Shown one piece after another: positions 61,544 to 64,000 of a stretch of DNA of 64,000 nucleotides (its first letter is position 1; each line of letters opens with the position of its first letter). Made by a program: the position numbers and the translations under genes. A model generated the notes under the pieces. The model worked only from the letters and a program-made list of their open reading frames with translations. It did not search any database and was not told the DNA's origin. The DNA comes from Azolla caroliniana (taxonomy: Eukaryota > Plantae > Polypodiophyta), in the NCBI GenBank assembly GCA_043228905.1, contig JBHGNT010000008.1:14942001-15006000 (forward strand), in the 5' to 3' direction.

Positions 61544-64000
61544 TAAGTAGCGTGCGGAAGCAAGTATGAAGATCGAACAGAAGGAAGGAAACTCAGGTTT
61601 AATGGAGAGCTTGAGTTTACACGGTATACGCGGGAGAGACAGAGTGAGTGAGAGAGAACACAAGAACTATATTTAACAATAATACTCAGTCTGTACATAA
61701 GACGTGCTCAGTGAACACTTTTATACAAGTCCTAGAAGGACTGACCGAAGTACTGACAGTACTTCAATGCTCATCAAGAGCTCCTACACTAACTCCCAAA
61801 TATATTCCTCACGGAATATGTTTCCTAACGACCTCCCGGTTTACGCACTCGGCCTAACCGATCGGTCCCAACCGATCCGGTCCTCGGCTTCTTTAGCTGA
61901 TCCGGCCGATGTTGAGCTTGTCTCTCAACACTCCCCCTCAAGCTCAACTCGAGGCTCTTCGGGATCCTCGGGCTCACAGCTCCGATTCCTCCTGGCTTCA
62001 CGCCTCGCTCGCGCTCCTCGACCTGTTCGACTCCGCGCGCTTCGACCCTTTCGGTCGGCTTGTCTACTCATGCGGCCCTTATCAGCTCTTCTGTTGTTGC
62101 GGTGTTGACGCTTTTCTTGCTGCCTTTTCTTCCGCTTGGGCCTCGGTTGATTCAGCGTATCTGAATCAAACATCCGGACCGACTCGGCTACTTCCGATCG
62201 GTTTTCGATCTCGTCCGAGTTGGCTATCTCCAACTTGTCTTCGGTCTTCTCACCCTCGATGGCGTCATCTTCCCCAGACGTGGTTGGCTTCGGCTGCTCC
62301 CCATCTGTCTGCTCCCAGACTTTTCCGCGGGTCCGCCCTCGGCTTCTTCAGCTGATCCAAAGTCTAACTCGACAACCAAGTAAACCGACTCGGACTCGGT
62401 GTCGCAGTCTCTGCTCCTTTCCTGCTGCCTTGCTTGGTCGTTCGGGACTGTTCTCCCCCTCAAGTTTGGCACATGGAGGTGACGCATCCCGAGCGCACCT
62501 GAGAATTGCCGCAACTTGTCCAAACCAAGAGGCTTTGTGAAGATGTCGACAGTATGCCGATCCGTCGGTACGTACCGAAGTTCGACGTCACCGGCAAGGA
62601 CACACTCACGGACGAAATGGTAGTGCAACTCAATGTGCTTGGTCTATGCGTGGAAAACGGGGTTTTTCGCGAGCTGGATGTTGTTGAGGTTGTCGCAGTA
62701 GATCGTCGTTGGATCGGACACCTCCTCTTGCAGGTCCTTAAGTAGCCGCTTCAACCATATGGCTTCTCATGTCGCAACAGCCACTCCTCGGTACTCAGCT
62801 TCGGTGTTCGACAGTGCAACTGTTGGCTGCTTCTTACTGCTCCACGCGATCGCGGTACTCTCGAGGGAGAACGCGTATCAGGACGTGGATCGGCAATCGG
62901 CGGCGTTGCCAGCCCAATCAACATCGGTGTAGCCGACTATCCGCATGGCTGCACCGGTCTGATATAGCAGTCCCCGGTCCTTAGTGCCGTTGACATACCG
63001 AAGTATGCGTTGCGCACACTGAAGGTGTTCCTCGGTAGGTCGCGCCATGAACTGACTGATCACACCGACCGGATAACTGAGGTCGGGTCGGGTGATGGTC
63101 AAGTATATGAGGCTTCCGACAATTTGTCGGAACCTCGTCGGGTCGCATACCTTTCCCGTATCGGGACGAAGCTTGACGGTTCTATCCAAAGGAGTCGAGA
63201 CGGACTTACAGTCGGCCATCCCGAATTTGAAGAGCATACTTAGCACGTAATGACGTTGGCTGATCAATATGCCTTCGGGGGTACGGATCACTTCGATCCC
63301 GAGGAAGTAATGAAGGTCCCCCAGATCCTTCATGTCGAACGATGCGGCAAGCTGGAGCTTCACGCGGTCGATTTCACCTAGGTCGGCGTTGGTGATGACC
63401 ACGTCATCAACATATAGTAAAATACTAACCGGTCTAAGTCGACCATTCCGGATGAACAGGGAAGAGTCCGATTTTGACGTGACGAAGCCCATCCGACGCA
63501 ATTGTTGCGTGATCTTCGTGTTCCAGGCACGTGGGGCTTGCTTCAGTCCGTAAAGGGACTTCTTTAGTCGGCATACTACCGAGGAGTTCGTTCCGAAGTG
63601 AAATCCGGGGGGTTGTACCATGTACACCTGTTCCTCAAGGTCACCTTGCAAGAACGCATTCTTTACATCCATCTGATGTAAGTGCCACCCCTTGGCCGTG
63701 GCTACTGCGAGCAAAACACGGACGGTCGTCATTTTCGCGACCGACGCAAACGTCTCATCGTAGTCGATGCCATGTTTCTGCGCGTAGCCCTTTGCCACTA
63801 GCCGAGCCTTGTACCGGTTGACCGAGCCATCGGTGTTGTACTTGACTTTGTACACCCACCTACACCCGATCGGTTTTACCCCTGTTGGTGCGTCAACCAG
63901 GTCCCAGGTCTCTTTCTCCGCTAATGCGTGCATCTCTTCCTCCATCGCGGCACGCCAATTCGCGTCTTTAGCCGCTTCTGCGTAGATCTTCGGCTCACGC
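61544..64000 (-). mobile_element. Copia 3' part: RT-RH, extension, PPT 61931-61939, 3' LTR ~61544-61930; continues beyond the window
   Basis: ORF 62878-63945 (YKARLVAKGY, LLYVDDVVI, ITRPDLSY); HYHFVRE..DIFTKPL; minus GAGGGGGAG-TGTTGAGAG. Confidence 0.92.

Noticed and set aside
1-64000. Host protein-coding genes or captured gene fragments
   Set aside because: Every ORF with recognisable motifs belongs to a retroelement; the rest are antisense or low-complexity shadows.

Overview
A gene-free pile of nested retrotransposons from a plant nuclear genome. The lineages present (Tcn1-like chromovirus, tRNA-Trp-primed fungal/charophyte-like Gypsy, RTE-X-like LINE) suggest a non-seed plant such as a fern, lycophyte or bryophyte; this is inference. 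From left to right: a near-intact Gypsy chromovirus (1-5045), a decayed self-priming Tcn1-like chromovirus (5065-10615, minus), a non-coding LTR-element segment holding a 5'-truncated LINE, Copia fragments, and a young full-length Tnt1/Tork-like Copia with TSD CATCT (19749-25131). Then come Trp-primed Gypsy elements and their solo LTRs, fragments of an Athila/Tat-like family with an extra coiled-coil ORF, and more decayed Copia. No host gene, rRNA, true tRNA gene or CRISPR array was seen. The most unusual signal occurs twice (42786-42827 and 14643-14684): the position just upstream of an LTR U3 end, where a polypurine tract belongs, holds the 3' half of tRNA-Arg ending in CCA, split by a covarying 13-nt hairpin. 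This hints at tRNA- or tRNA-mimic-primed plus-strand synthesis. Other notable patterns are CpG-centred 4-bp target sites for one LTR lineage, Pol III A/B-box cassettes inside several LTRs, and a swappable satellite slot within related LTRs. All homologies were judged by eye, and tRNA sequences were recalled from memory.
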